Of a stretch of DNA of 64,000 nucleotides, positions 50,063-58,797 are shown piece after piece. Origin of the DNA: an uncultured Spirochaetota bacterium. Its GTDB lineage: Bacteria; Spirochaetota; Spirochaetia; SZUA-6; Fen-1364. The notes beneath the pieces are model-generated. The model was not told the DNA's origin and searched no databases. It saw only the letters and a list, made by a program, of their open reading frames with translations. The position numbers and the translations under genes were made by a program. Every line of letters begins with the position of its first letter. The first letter of the stretch is position 1. The stretch covers positions 1,408,001 through 1,472,000 of the forward strand of contig CAWAHW010000002.1 in the NCBI GenBank assembly GCA_963781885.1, given 5' to 3'.

Positions 50063-50848
50063 TCATTGTGAGAAATACATCGCCGTGATGCCGCTGCATC
50101 CATCGGCTGTCATGGTCAACCAATCGCTCTGGACCGTGAGCAATGCCTCGCGCGCGCCCGCCGGCCCTTCGCCCCGGACCTTGTAGCTGCCGACCGGCGG
50201 CACGACCTGGGTGATGTCGGCGCGCGCGAACCGCGCGGTGCGGTCGTCCACAAGCTCACGAGCAACGCCGGAAACGTCCAGCGCGTACGCGATGGCGAGC
50301 ATGGAGCGCGCGTCGGCGAACTCCGCCCGTTCCAGCGATTGCCGTATGCGGGAGCTCGACACCATGCCGCCGCCCCAGTACACGGGCTCCGTCACGGTGA
50401 CCTCTATGCGTGAATCGGAAAGCATCCCCTTCAAATCGTCGGTACCCGAGTTCCTGTTCTTACCAAACCTGAAGTTCTGCCCTACGACGATTTTCTGGAT
50501 GGTAAGATTTTCCCTTAATAAACCGACAAAATCCTCGCCGGATAGATTACTCAATTCCTCGGAAAAGTCAATTGCCACCACCGCGCCGACGCCCAGCATG
50601 GCGAGCCGGTCCAGCTTCTGCGGGTAGGAAAGGATGAAACCCGGGAACGGCCGCGGCTTGTAGCGGACCGCCGGGCCGCCGCGGAACGTAATGACGAGCG
50701 GCACCCCCTCCGCGGGGCCCGCGGCGATCTCTTCCATCAAGCGCCGATGCCCGAGATGGAGGCCGTCAAAAACACCGATCGTGAGCCGGACGGGTCGATC
50801 CAGGGGCGGGGCGCGGCGGATCAGATCCTCCCAGCTCATGACGGTCAT
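50063..50848 (-). CDS. ribF: FAD synthetase (FMN adenylyltransferase domain with degenerate kinase domain)
   Basis: [26 protein letters not shown]; canonical position between truB and rpsO. Confidence 0.85.
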   Translation of the reverse strand: MTVMSWEDLIRRAPPLDRPVRLTIGVFDGLHLGHRRLMEEIAAGPAEGVPLVITFRGGPAVRYKPRPFPGFILSYPQKLDRLAMLGVGAVVAIDFSEELSNLSGEDFVGLLRENLTIQKIVVGQNFRFGKNRNSGTDDLKGMLSDSRIEVTVTEPVYWGGGMVSSSRIRQSLERAEFADARSMLAIAYALDVSGVARELVDDRTARFARADITQVVPPVGSYKVRGEGPAGAREALLTVQSDWLTMTADGCSGITAMYFSQ

Positions 50849-51761
50849 GCGCCGTCCCTCCCGCGCCCGGACGCTGCGGGCATTGCCGCCGTCTGGGGAA
50901 AGGCTGCTGCGTAGCGGAGCATGCCCCCCCGGCACTCGATCACGGCCACGAGCGCGCGCTCGGTCGTGAATGCGCCGAAATAGCCGTCCCGGGTCGGCTC
51001 CTCCGTAAAGAACTCCCCCACAAGCTGCCTGCCCGATCCCAATGCATCCACGTACTGCGGCTTCACGAGGAGTCTCCCCAGCGAGGGGGCGGCATCGAAG
51101 AAGACCGCGGGACGCAGAACGTCGGCGTCCGGATCGAAAAGCGCGGGCGGCCGCGCGTCGATCACCTGGAAACCTCCAATGCGGATGCGCCGAAGCTGCG
51201 AAAGGTGCGCACAGGTGCCCAACGCCTGCGCAATGTCGCGCGCAAGGGCGCGGATGTAGGTCCCCTTGGAGCAGGAAATGCGGAGCGTGGCCTCCGCGCC
51301 GTCGAATGCGCACAGCTCAAGCTCGTGGATGGTGATGCGGCGCGGAGCCATCACGGGGTTTTCGCCGGCCCGCGCAGCCTCGTAGGCGCGCTTTCCGCCG
51401 ATGTGAATGGCTGAAAAGACGGGGGGATCTGCACGATGCTGCCAAGGAAGCGCGGAAGCACCTCCTCCAACTCCGCGCGGCCGGGCACGGGGCCTTCCTC
51501 CGTCACGGCGCCCTCCGGGTCGAGGGTATCGGTACCTTTGCCGAACGCAACCACCGCCAGGTATTCCTTGTCCAGGTCCGTGGCGAATGCGCAGAGGCGC
51601 GTCATCCTGCCCGTGAGGACGACGAGCAGGCCGTTTGCGAACCTGTCGAGAGTGCCGGCATGCCCGACCCTCCCCGTCCCGAGCCGGCGCTTGATCGTGG
51701 AAAGCGACTGGAAGGAGGTCTCTCCGGGCGGCTTGTCGAGAAGAACGATGCCTTCCGTCAA
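50845..51761 (-). CDS. truB: tRNA pseudouridine(55) synthase, with a 1-nt deletion in the G-run at 51421-51426
   Basis: GHAGTLD; one added base restores QIPPVFSAIH; CSKGTYIRALARD. Confidence 0.92.
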
Positions 51762-52105
51762 TGCATGATGTCCCGCAGCTTTTGCGCGATGCGGAACCCG
51801 TTTTCCATGGCATCGTCGCGGTAGAAGGCAAGCCGGGGGAACGTGCGCAGGGATATCCGCTTGGACAGGACCTGCTGAATGAAGCCCGCCGCGTGATTGA
51901 GGGCCGCGACGCTCCCGTCCACCACGTCCCGCTCGCCGAATCGCGAGACCCAGACCTTCGCGTGCCCGAGATCGCGCGACAGCTTCACTTCGGTCACGGT
52001 GGTCAGCGGCTCCACGCGCGGGTCCTTGATCTCCCCCCGCTGGATCATGCCGCTGATCTCCGACCTCAGCAGGCTCTCAATTCGCCGCAGCCTTATTTCC
52101 GGCAT
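51758..52105 (-). CDS. rbfA: Ribosome-binding factor A
   Basis: IKDPRV, VKLSRDLGHAKV, AAGFI, PRLAFYRD. Confidence 0.93.
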   Translation of the reverse strand: MPEIRLRRIESLLRSEISGMIQRGEIKDPRVEPLTTVTEVKLSRDLGHAKVWVSRFGERDVVDGSVAALNHAAGFIQQVLSKRISLRTFPRLAFYRDDAMENGFRIAQKLRDIMH

Positions 52106-54638
52106 CCCGGCTTCCCTCCAGCTTCTTGGCGAGCTCCCGGGTCTCGTATGCCTCTATCGTGTCCCCGACCTTGATGTCGTGGAATCCATCCAGACCGATG
52201 CCGCACTCGAATCCCTCTTCCACTTCCCGCACGTCGTCCTTGAAACGCTTCAGGGAGTTGATCTTTCCCTTGAAGATCTCCACACCGTCGCGGATGAGGT
52301 GCACGTCCGCATTGCGGCGCACCTTTCCCGTGATGACCTGGCAGCCGGCGATGGTGCCGATCTTCGGTATCTTGAAGGTGTTGCGCACCTCCACGGTGCC
52401 CGTCTGCTCTTCCCGCAGCTCGGGCTTCAGGAGCCCTTCCATGGCGGAGCGGATGTCCTCCAGCGCGTCGTAGATGATGTTGTACTTGCGGATGTCCACC
52501 TTCTCCCGGTCGGCGAGGCTCTGCGCCGCGGAGCTCGGACGGACATGGAACCCCACGATGATGGCATTCGACGTGGAGGCAAGAAGCACGTCTCCCTCGT
52601 TGATGGCCCCCGCGGCGGAGTGGATGACCTCCAGCTTCACTTCCGAGGTTGACAGCTTCTGGAGCGACGTCTTCAGCGCTTCCACCGATCCGGCAACGTC
52701 CGCCTTGATGATGACGTTCAAGCCCTGGATCTGCCCTTCCTTGATCTGCTCGTAGAGGTTGTCGAGCGTGACTTTCTTCACGCTCTTCATCTCCTCCTGC
52801 TTGCGCAGCTCCTGGCGCTTGCTGCCGATGTTGCGCGCGGTGGACTCCGAATCCGTGACCTGGAACGGGTCGCCGGCGTTCGGGATGCTCCCGAATCCGA
52901 TCACCTCCACCGGCAGGGACGGCGTGGCTTCCGGCACCTTCTCACCGCGATCGTTGAATATCGCGCGCACCTTGCCCGAGTAGATGCCGGCGACGAAGGA
53001 GTCGCCCGGGCTCAGGGTGCCTTTCTGGAGGATGACGGTGGCCACGATGCCGCGGCCCATGTCCACACGGGACTCCAGCACGATGCCGGACGCCCGGGCC
53101 TTTCGGCTGGCCTTCAGCTCCAGCACCTCGGACTGCAGCAGGATGCTCTCCAGCAGCTCCTTGATGCCCGTTTTTTTCAGGGCCGAAACCTCGTTGTAGA
53201 TCGTCGTGCCGCCCCATTCCTCAGGCGTGAGCCCCTGCTCCGAGAGCTGGCGCTTGACAAGCTCGACATTCGCTTCCGCGAGGTCGACCTTGTTCACCGC
53301 CACGATGATGGGCACGTCCGCCTGCTTGGCGTGGTTGATCGCCTCAATTGTCTGCGGCATGACGCCGTCCACGGCGGATACCACGAGCACGACGATGTCG
53401 GTGACCTGCGCGCCGCGCGCGCGCATCATGGTGAACGCCTCATGGCCCGGGGTGTCCAGAAACACGACGCGTCCCTGGGAAACGCCGTCCCCCGTCACCG
53501 AGGGAAGGTCGACGCAGTAGGCGCCGATATGCTGCGTGATGCCGCCGTATTCACCCTCCGCGACGTTCGCGCTGCGGATGGCATCCAGAAGCTTCGTCTT
53601 GCCATGGTCGACGTGGCCCATGATCGTGACGATGGGCGGCCGCGGCTCCAGGTCCTCCGCCTCTTCCTTGTCTTCCTCGATGACCGTCTCGTCATAGAGG
53701 GAGACGACGTTCACCTTGCAGTCGTATTCAGCGGCGAGCAGCGACGCGGTATCCGAGTCGATCTGCTGGTTGATCGTCACCATCATGCCCATTGCGATGA
53801 GCTTGTGGATGAGATCCGATCCCTTCAGATTCATCTTCTTGGCCAGGTCGGACACGGTGATCCCCTCGGTGATGGCGATCTCCTTGGGCACCGGGTTGGC
53901 CATGATGACGGTCTTTTTCTTTACTTGCAGGTACTTCTCTTCGGGCTGATCGTGCTTCCTCTTGGGATATTCGATCTTCCGCTTTGCCTTGGAGAAGAAC
54001 TTTTTTGCCGGTGGTTTCTTCTCATCCGAGCCGGAGGAGGGCCCCGACGAGCCGGGGCGCGAAGGGGGGCGCATGCCGCCCGAGCGCGGAGGTCCATAGC
54101 CGCCCGATCCCGACCGACCCGAAGGAGCGGACGGCCGCGTGGCGCCGGCAGGACGCGGAGGAAGCGGTGTAAGGCGCATCTTCTCGCGAACGGATTCCCG
54201 CACCGACGGACGGACGTCGGGCCGCCTGTCTTGTGGAATGAAACGAGGCCTCTCTGCTTCTTTGTGCGCCGCAGGAGCATCCGGGGCGGCAGGCGCCACC
54301 GGAGAATGCGCGGCGGCAGCCGCCGGGCGCACGACGTGGGTCGCATGGTGGGGAGCCGTTTCCGCGGCTGCAGGGGCCGGCGTGGGCGCATGGGCCTTCG
54401 GGGCAGGAGCGGCCGGGGAGACAGGCTCGGCGTGCGGTGTTGCGACAACCACCTTCGGGGCGGATTTCTTCACCGGCACGACGACCTTTTTCTTCACCAC
54501 CACCACTTTCTTCTTCTCAGCGGCGGCAACCGGAGGCGGAACGGTCTCTTCCACGACGACCGGGGTCTCCTCCTCCCCCTTCTTGTGCTTGATAAGGGTT
54601 GTCTTGAGCTTTTTTTTGCTGTCCAATTCCTCGGCCAT
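52077..54638 (-). CDS. infB: Translation initiation factor IF-2
   Basis: [31 protein letters not shown]. Confidence 0.98.
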   Translation of the reverse strand: MAEELDSKKKLKTTLIKHKKGEEETPVVVEETVPPPVAAAEKKKVVVVKKKVVVPVKKSAPKVVVATPHAEPVSPAAPAPKAHAPTPAPAAAETAPHHATHVVRPAAAAAHSPVAPAAPDAPAAHKEAERPRFIPQDRRPDVRPSVRESVREKMRLTPLPPRPAGATRPSAPSGRSGSGGYGPPRSGGMRPPSRPGSSGPSSGSDEKKPPAKKFFSKAKRKIEYPKRKHDQPEEKYLQVKKKTVIMANPVPKEIAITEGITVSDLAKKMNLKGSDLIHKLIAMGMMVTINQQIDSDTASLLAAEYDCKVNVVSLYDETVIEEDKEEAEDLEPRPPIVTIMGHVDHGKTKLLDAIRSANVAEGEYGGITQHIGAYCVDLPSVTGDGVSQGRVVFLDTPGHEAFTMMRARGAQVTDIVVLVVSAVDGVMPQTIEAINHAKQADVPIIVAVNKVDLAEANVELVKRQLSEQGLTPEEWGGTTIYNEVSALKKTGIKELLESILLQSEVLELKASRKARASGIVLESRVDMGRGIVATVILQKGTLSPGDSFVAGIYSGKVRAIFNDRGEKVPEATPSLPVEVIGFGSIPNAGDPFQVTDSESTARNIGSKRQELRKQEEMKSVKKVTLDNLYEQIKEGQIQGLNVIIKADVAGSVEALKTSLQKLSTSEVKLEVIHSAAGAINEGDVLLASTSNAIIVGFHVRPSSAAQSLADREKVDIRKYNIIYDALEDIRSAMEGLLKPELREEQTGTVEVRNTFKIPKIGTIAGCQVITGKVRRNADVHLIRDGVEIFKGKINSLKRFKDDVREVEEGFECGIGLDGFHDIKVGDTIEAYETRELAKKLEGSRDAGNKAAAN

Positions 54639-54648
54639 ACCTATTCTC

Positions 54649-56235
54649 TTACTCTCCCTGCGCAGCTCCACCCGCCCCCGCCGGTCCGGGCGTGGTGTCT
54701 GGCGGCGCGTCTTCCGCGCTTTCCTCGAAGGTTAAACCGACTCCGCACTTTGGACAAGTAGCCATGTCCGGTGTGACGGCCGTTCCGCACTCGGGGCACT
54801 CGTAGGTATCTTCCCCGGCTGCCTCGCCTTCCGGCTCGGCTGTCGGCGTCGCGGGCTGCTGGTCCTGCGCCGCGGGAGCTGCCGTTTCCGCCTCGGCTTC
54901 CTCTTCCTCCTCCGCCTGCTCCACGGCTGCCGGCTCCTCCTCCACGATCTCGACGTTCTCCTCGATGATCTTGTGCAGGGTCAGGATGTCTTCCGCCGTG
55001 ATTCCTTCGAGACCGGCGAGCTGCTCGGGGCTGAGGGCCACGAGCGCCTCTATATCGCTGATGTTGTCCTTTTCCAGGATCTCCACGAGGTGCGGCGTGA
55101 TGCCCGGCAGCTCCGAAATCTTCTGGATCTCCTCCTCAGGCTCGCCGAAGAGCGCGGACACCGCCCGCTTTGCCTCGGCCGAGATATCCATCTCGGAGAA
55201 CTGGCTCTCCGTCTTCACGTCGATGTTCCAGTCGGTGAGCCGATTGGCAAGACGGACGTTGAGCCCCTGCTTTCCGATGGCCAGGGAGAAGGAGGCATCA
55301 GGCACGATGGCGAGGGCGAGCTTCTTCGATTCGTCGAGGATGATGACCTGGTTCACCTCCGCCGGCGACAGGGCGTTCTTGATGAAGCTGCGGGAATCCA
55401 GCGAATAGCGCAGGATGTCGATCTTTTCCCCTTCCAGCTCGCGGACGACGGCCTGGATGCGCACGCCCTTCAGGCCCACGCACGCGCCGACCGGATCCAC
55501 GTCCTCCCGGGTGGAGCGCACCGCGATCTTCGTGCGGTAGCCGGGCTCGCGCACGATCTTCATGATCTCTATCGTCTTGTCGTAGATCTCGGGGACTTCC
55601 AGCTCGAAGATCTTCTTCACGAACTCGGCATGGTTGCGCGAAAGCACGATCTGCAGACCCGTAGGGGTCTTCACGACCTCGAATATCAGCGCCTTGATCC
55701 TGTCATTGGGATGATAGATCTCGCGCGGGGACTGGTACTTCTTGGGCAGTATTCCCTCGGTCTTTCCAAGGTCGACGTAGATGTTCCCGTTGCGCTCGCG
55801 CTGGTAGTAGCCGATGATCATCTCACCGACCTTGTCCTTGTACTCGGAATACAACGTGTCCTTCTGGATCTCCCGCAGGCTCTGGCGCGCTTTCTGCTTC
55901 GCGCTCTGCACGGAGACCCGGTCGAACTCCTTGGGATTGATCTCGATGAGGAGCTCGTCCCCGACCTCGCAGTCCTCGTTCATTTCGAGGGCTTCGGAGA
56001 GCGGGATCTCGTAGACGGTGTCGTCCAGGTCGTCATCCGGCACGATCTTCTTCTTCGCGAAGAGGGTGACCTCCATCGAATCGTCGCTGAAACGGACCAC
56101 GGCATTGTCCACGACCCCGTACTTCTTCTTGTACGCGGCGAGGAGAAAGTTCTCGATGGTGCTCATGACGAGGTCCTCGGGGATGCCCCGCTCCTGCACC
56201 AGTTGCTTGATGGCCTGCGAGAGTTCAGACTGCAT
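54649..56235 (-). CDS. nusA: Transcription factor NusA with acidic linker and C-terminal Zn-ribbon
   Basis: REPGYRTKIAV, DPVGACVG, AIGKQGLNVRLA; CPEC...CPKC at the C-terminus. Confidence 0.96.
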   Translation of the reverse strand: MQSELSQAIKQLVQERGIPEDLVMSTIENFLLAAYKKKYGVVDNAVVRFSDDSMEVTLFAKKKIVPDDDLDDTVYEIPLSEALEMNEDCEVGDELLIEINPKEFDRVSVQSAKQKARQSLREIQKDTLYSEYKDKVGEMIIGYYQRERNGNIYVDLGKTEGILPKKYQSPREIYHPNDRIKALIFEVVKTPTGLQIVLSRNHAEFVKKIFELEVPEIYDKTIEIMKIVREPGYRTKIAVRSTREDVDPVGACVGLKGVRIQAVVRELEGEKIDILRYSLDSRSFIKNALSPAEVNQVIILDESKKLALAIVPDASFSLAIGKQGLNVRLANRLTDWNIDVKTESQFSEMDISAEAKRAVSALFGEPEEEIQKISELPGITPHLVEILEKDNISDIEALVALSPEQLAGLEGITAEDILTLHKIIEENVEIVEEEPAAVEQAEEEEEAEAETAAPAAQDQQPATPTAEPEGEAAGEDTYECPECGTAVTPDMATCPKCGVGLTFEESAEDAPPDTTPGPAGAGGAAQGE

Positions 56236-56704
56236 TTTTTTCTTCCTCAACCTCCACGGCATGATCCAGTCGCGCCTTGCGGATGCCGCTCAGCGCGAAC
56301 CCACGTCTCTCCCTGCCCTTGCGGAGCCAGAGCGTGTCCCCTTCGACACGGTCGATGATCCCGCACTGCCACTCCGTCTCCGTTCCCGCGAGCAGGCGCA
56401 CGCCGCGCCCGGCAAAGATGCCATACTCCGCGGGGCTGCGGATGCTTCGCTCGATGCCCGGCGAGCTCACCTCCAGGGTCACCCCGGAGGGGAGCTGCTC
56501 GATCGTTTCCAGCCGCGGAAGGATCATCCCGGACACCTCCGCGCAGTCGTCCACGCCCACGCCCGCCGCGCGATAGATGACCACGGAGACGTGGGACACG
56601 CCTTTGCGCCGGCCGACGGCAAGCTCCACGAGCGCGTAGCCCATGCCGTCGAGCACGGGGACGATCGTGTCGTGGATATCCTGCTGGAGACGATCGGAAT
56701 ACAC
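56225..56704 (-). CDS. rimP: Ribosome maturation factor RimP
   Basis: GVGVDDCAEVS, LEVSSPGIER; GTG start with GGAGG SD; first gene of the nusA-infB operon. Confidence 0.92.
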   Translation of the reverse strand: MYSDRLQQDIHDTIVPVLDGMGYALVELAVGRRKGVSHVSVVIYRAAGVGVDDCAEVSGMILPRLETIEQLPSGVTLEVSSPGIERSIRSPAEYGIFAGRGVRLLAGTETEWQCGIIDRVEGDTLWLRKGRERRGFALSGIRKARLDHAVEVEEEKNAV

Positions 56705-56744
56705 ACCCTCCGCCTTTGGCCCGGTTGCCAGGGGCACGGATAAT

Positions 56745-56773
56745 AAAAAAAGAGTCTTGGCCCGACTCTTTCT
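56745..56773 (-). promoter_or_regulatory. rimP leader terminator/attenuator-like hairpin
   Basis: AAAGAGTC-GGGCCAA-GACTCTTT-TTTT between the promoter and rimP. Confidence 0.7.
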
Positions 56774-56779
56774 TCTACA

Positions 56780-56832
56780 AACATAAACCAATACGCGCCA
56801 CTTGTCAATCGAGGCGGGCACGCCCCTATAAT
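56780..56832. promoter_or_regulatory. Divergent promoters with overlapping -35 boxes
   Basis: Minus: TTGACA-N17-TATGTT (rimP operon); plus: TTGTCA-N19-TATAAT, 5 nt before GTG 56838. Confidence 0.6.
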
Positions 56833-56837
56833 CCCGC

Positions 56838-58094
56838 GTGAAGAAGACGCCTGCGCCGCAAGGTCCTCCCGCCCTGGATCCGCTTGTCGAATCCTCTACA
56901 AACAAGATCGTCATATTTCGCTTCATGGGAAAGGAGCTTTCGTTCCGCCTCTCCCACGCGTTGTTCAGCAGTTTCGACGTCGACGAGGGAACCCGCCTGC
57001 TCCTGAAGACCGTCGCCCAGAGAGTCGACCTCGGACGGGTCCATACCGCGGCCGACATCGGCTGCGGCGTCGGCGTCATTGGCGCCTGCCTGCGCGCCGT
57101 GTCTCCCGGGTGCGAGGTCCTTCTGCAAGATCGTGACGCGCTGGCGGTCGCATTTGCCCGGGAAAACTGGCAGGCGAATCGTCTCGGTGCCGCACACGTG
57201 GATTGCGGTCTTGCCTTCTGGCGCCAGCGGGACCGGGCATTCGACCTTGTCGTGTCGAATCTGCCGGCAAAGGCTGGCAGGCCCGTGCTCGAATCGTTTT
57301 TCCGCCAGGCCGTGCGCTGCCTTACGCCGGGCGGAACCATCGCCATCGTGATCGTGGCGACTTTGGCGGACCTCGCGAGGTCCGCGGTCGATCGCATGGG
57401 ATGCACGGTCCGCCACGCAGAAAGCACCCGCGACTATTGCGTGCTGCACGTCGCAAAAGGCGATGCAGAGCCGGCCCCCGCCGTGCCCGATGACATCGGA
57501 CCCTATATCAGGGCCAAAAATCGGTTCACGCACGCGGGAACCTCGTACGAGCTGGAAACGGCATATTCCCTGCCCGACTTCGACACGATCGGCTACGGCC
57601 TGGCGCTCCAGATGGATCTTCTTTCCGACATCGCCGGCGGCATAAAGATGCTCATATGGAACCCCGGCCAGGGTCATCTTCCCGTGTGGCTTTCAAAACG
57701 CCGAAGCCCGCCGCAGGAGATCTCTATTGCCGCGCGGGACTGCCTGGAATGCGAGATAACGTCAAGAAACATGACGACCCAGGGCCGTTCTCCCGTCGTC
57801 GCCGCGGCCATCCCCGCCGAGCCGACCCTTGCAGGGGCATTTCCCCCGGCAAGCTTCGACCTGATATGCGCCGCCCCGCACCCCGTTCCCCGGGCTCCGT
57901 GGTACGGCGGCTTGTTGGCGTCTGTTCTGCCGTTGCTGAGCCCCGACGGGAGGCTCTGCCTCACCGCGCCAAGCACGGAAATACACCGGTTTCTCGAGCA
58001 GGTAAAAGGGATCGAGGTGCTTTCCAGCCTGAAGCATCGCCGGCTTTCGCGCCGTCATGCTCGCACGCCGCTGAAGGCCGCTACTCCTCGATGA
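56838..58094 (+). CDS. Class I SAM methyltransferase (RsmC/MTS-like, duplicated fold); possible +1 indel near 58040
   Basis: LFSSFDVDEGTRLLL, DIGCGVG, VVSNLP; alternative end GFRAVMLARR* at 58074. Confidence 0.75.
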   Translation: MKKTPAPQGPPALDPLVESSTNKIVIFRFMGKELSFRLSHALFSSFDVDEGTRLLLKTVAQRVDLGRVHTAADIGCGVGVIGACLRAVSPGCEVLLQDRDALAVAFARENWQANRLGAAHVDCGLAFWRQRDRAFDLVVSNLPAKAGRPVLESFFRQAVRCLTPGGTIAIVIVATLADLARSAVDRMGCTVRHAESTRDYCVLHVAKGDAEPAPAVPDDIGPYIRAKNRFTHAGTSYELETAYSLPDFDTIGYGLALQMDLLSDIAGGIKMLIWNPGQGHLPVWLSKRRSPPQEISIAARDCLECEITSRNMTTQGRSPVVAAAIPAEPTLAGAFPPASFDLICAAPHPVPRAPWYGGLLASVLPLLSPDGRLCLTAPSTEIHRFLEQVKGIEVLSSLKHRRLSRRHARTPLKAATPR

Positions 58095-58797
58095 CGAGCG
58101 TGAGGGAGTAGACCCGCGTGCACCCCGCGGCGCGCAGGACCCGGCCGCAGGCATCGAGCGTGGCTCCCGTCGTGAAAACGTCATCCACCAACAGGAGCTC
58201 ATCCGGCACGGCGCGCCCGGCGCAGCGGGCGGAAAGATGGATACGCTGCTTCAGGTTTTCCTGGCGCTCGGCAAAGTTTAGAGACTTCTGAGGAGCCCCG
58301 CCGCGCCTCTCCAAGAGCGGGGCCACGCTCATCCCGTGATTGCGCTGGAGGCAGGCCGTCACCTGGGCGACAATGCCTCCCGCGCCTGCGCGGTTTCGCG
58401 ACGGAACAGGTACGATCGGGAAGAGCCTCTCCGCGCGGCTCAGCGCCGACCATGCAAGATCCGCGAACCACGGCGCAAGCCTTCGTCGTGCGCTGAATTT
58501 CAGACTCCGCAGCAGGGTCCTTGCCGCCGCGGCATGGGGAAACAGGGCGATATTGGATTCGAAAGAGTAGTCCGTGTCCCGACACCGCGTGCAGGTGCCC
58601 TGCTCCACGACGAGGCGCAGCCCGCAGCGCGCGCAGACGGGGTCTTGCGGAATGGTGATTCCCGCCCTGCACCGGGCGCAGAGCGGAACCCGGTGATCGC
58701 TTTGCAGGAGCAGCCATTCGCCGCACAGCAGGCATCGACCAGGGAAGACAGTTTCAAGAAGCATCATGCCGGCGTCGCGGGCCCGCGAGAGCTTCAT
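58081..58797 (-). CDS. comF: ComF family protein (double Zn-ribbon + PRTase)
   Basis: Four CxxC pairs; LLVDDVFTTGAT. Confidence 0.88.
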   Translation of the reverse strand: MKLSRARDAGMMLLETVFPGRCLLCGEWLLLQSDHRVPLCARCRAGITIPQDPVCARCGLRLVVEQGTCTRCRDTDYSFESNIALFPHAAAARTLLRSLKFSARRRLAPWFADLAWSALSRAERLFPIVPVPSRNRAGAGGIVAQVTACLQRNHGMSVAPLLERRGGAPQKSLNFAERQENLKQRIHLSARCAGRAVPDELLLVDDVFTTGATLDACGRVLRAAGCTRVYSLTLVIEE

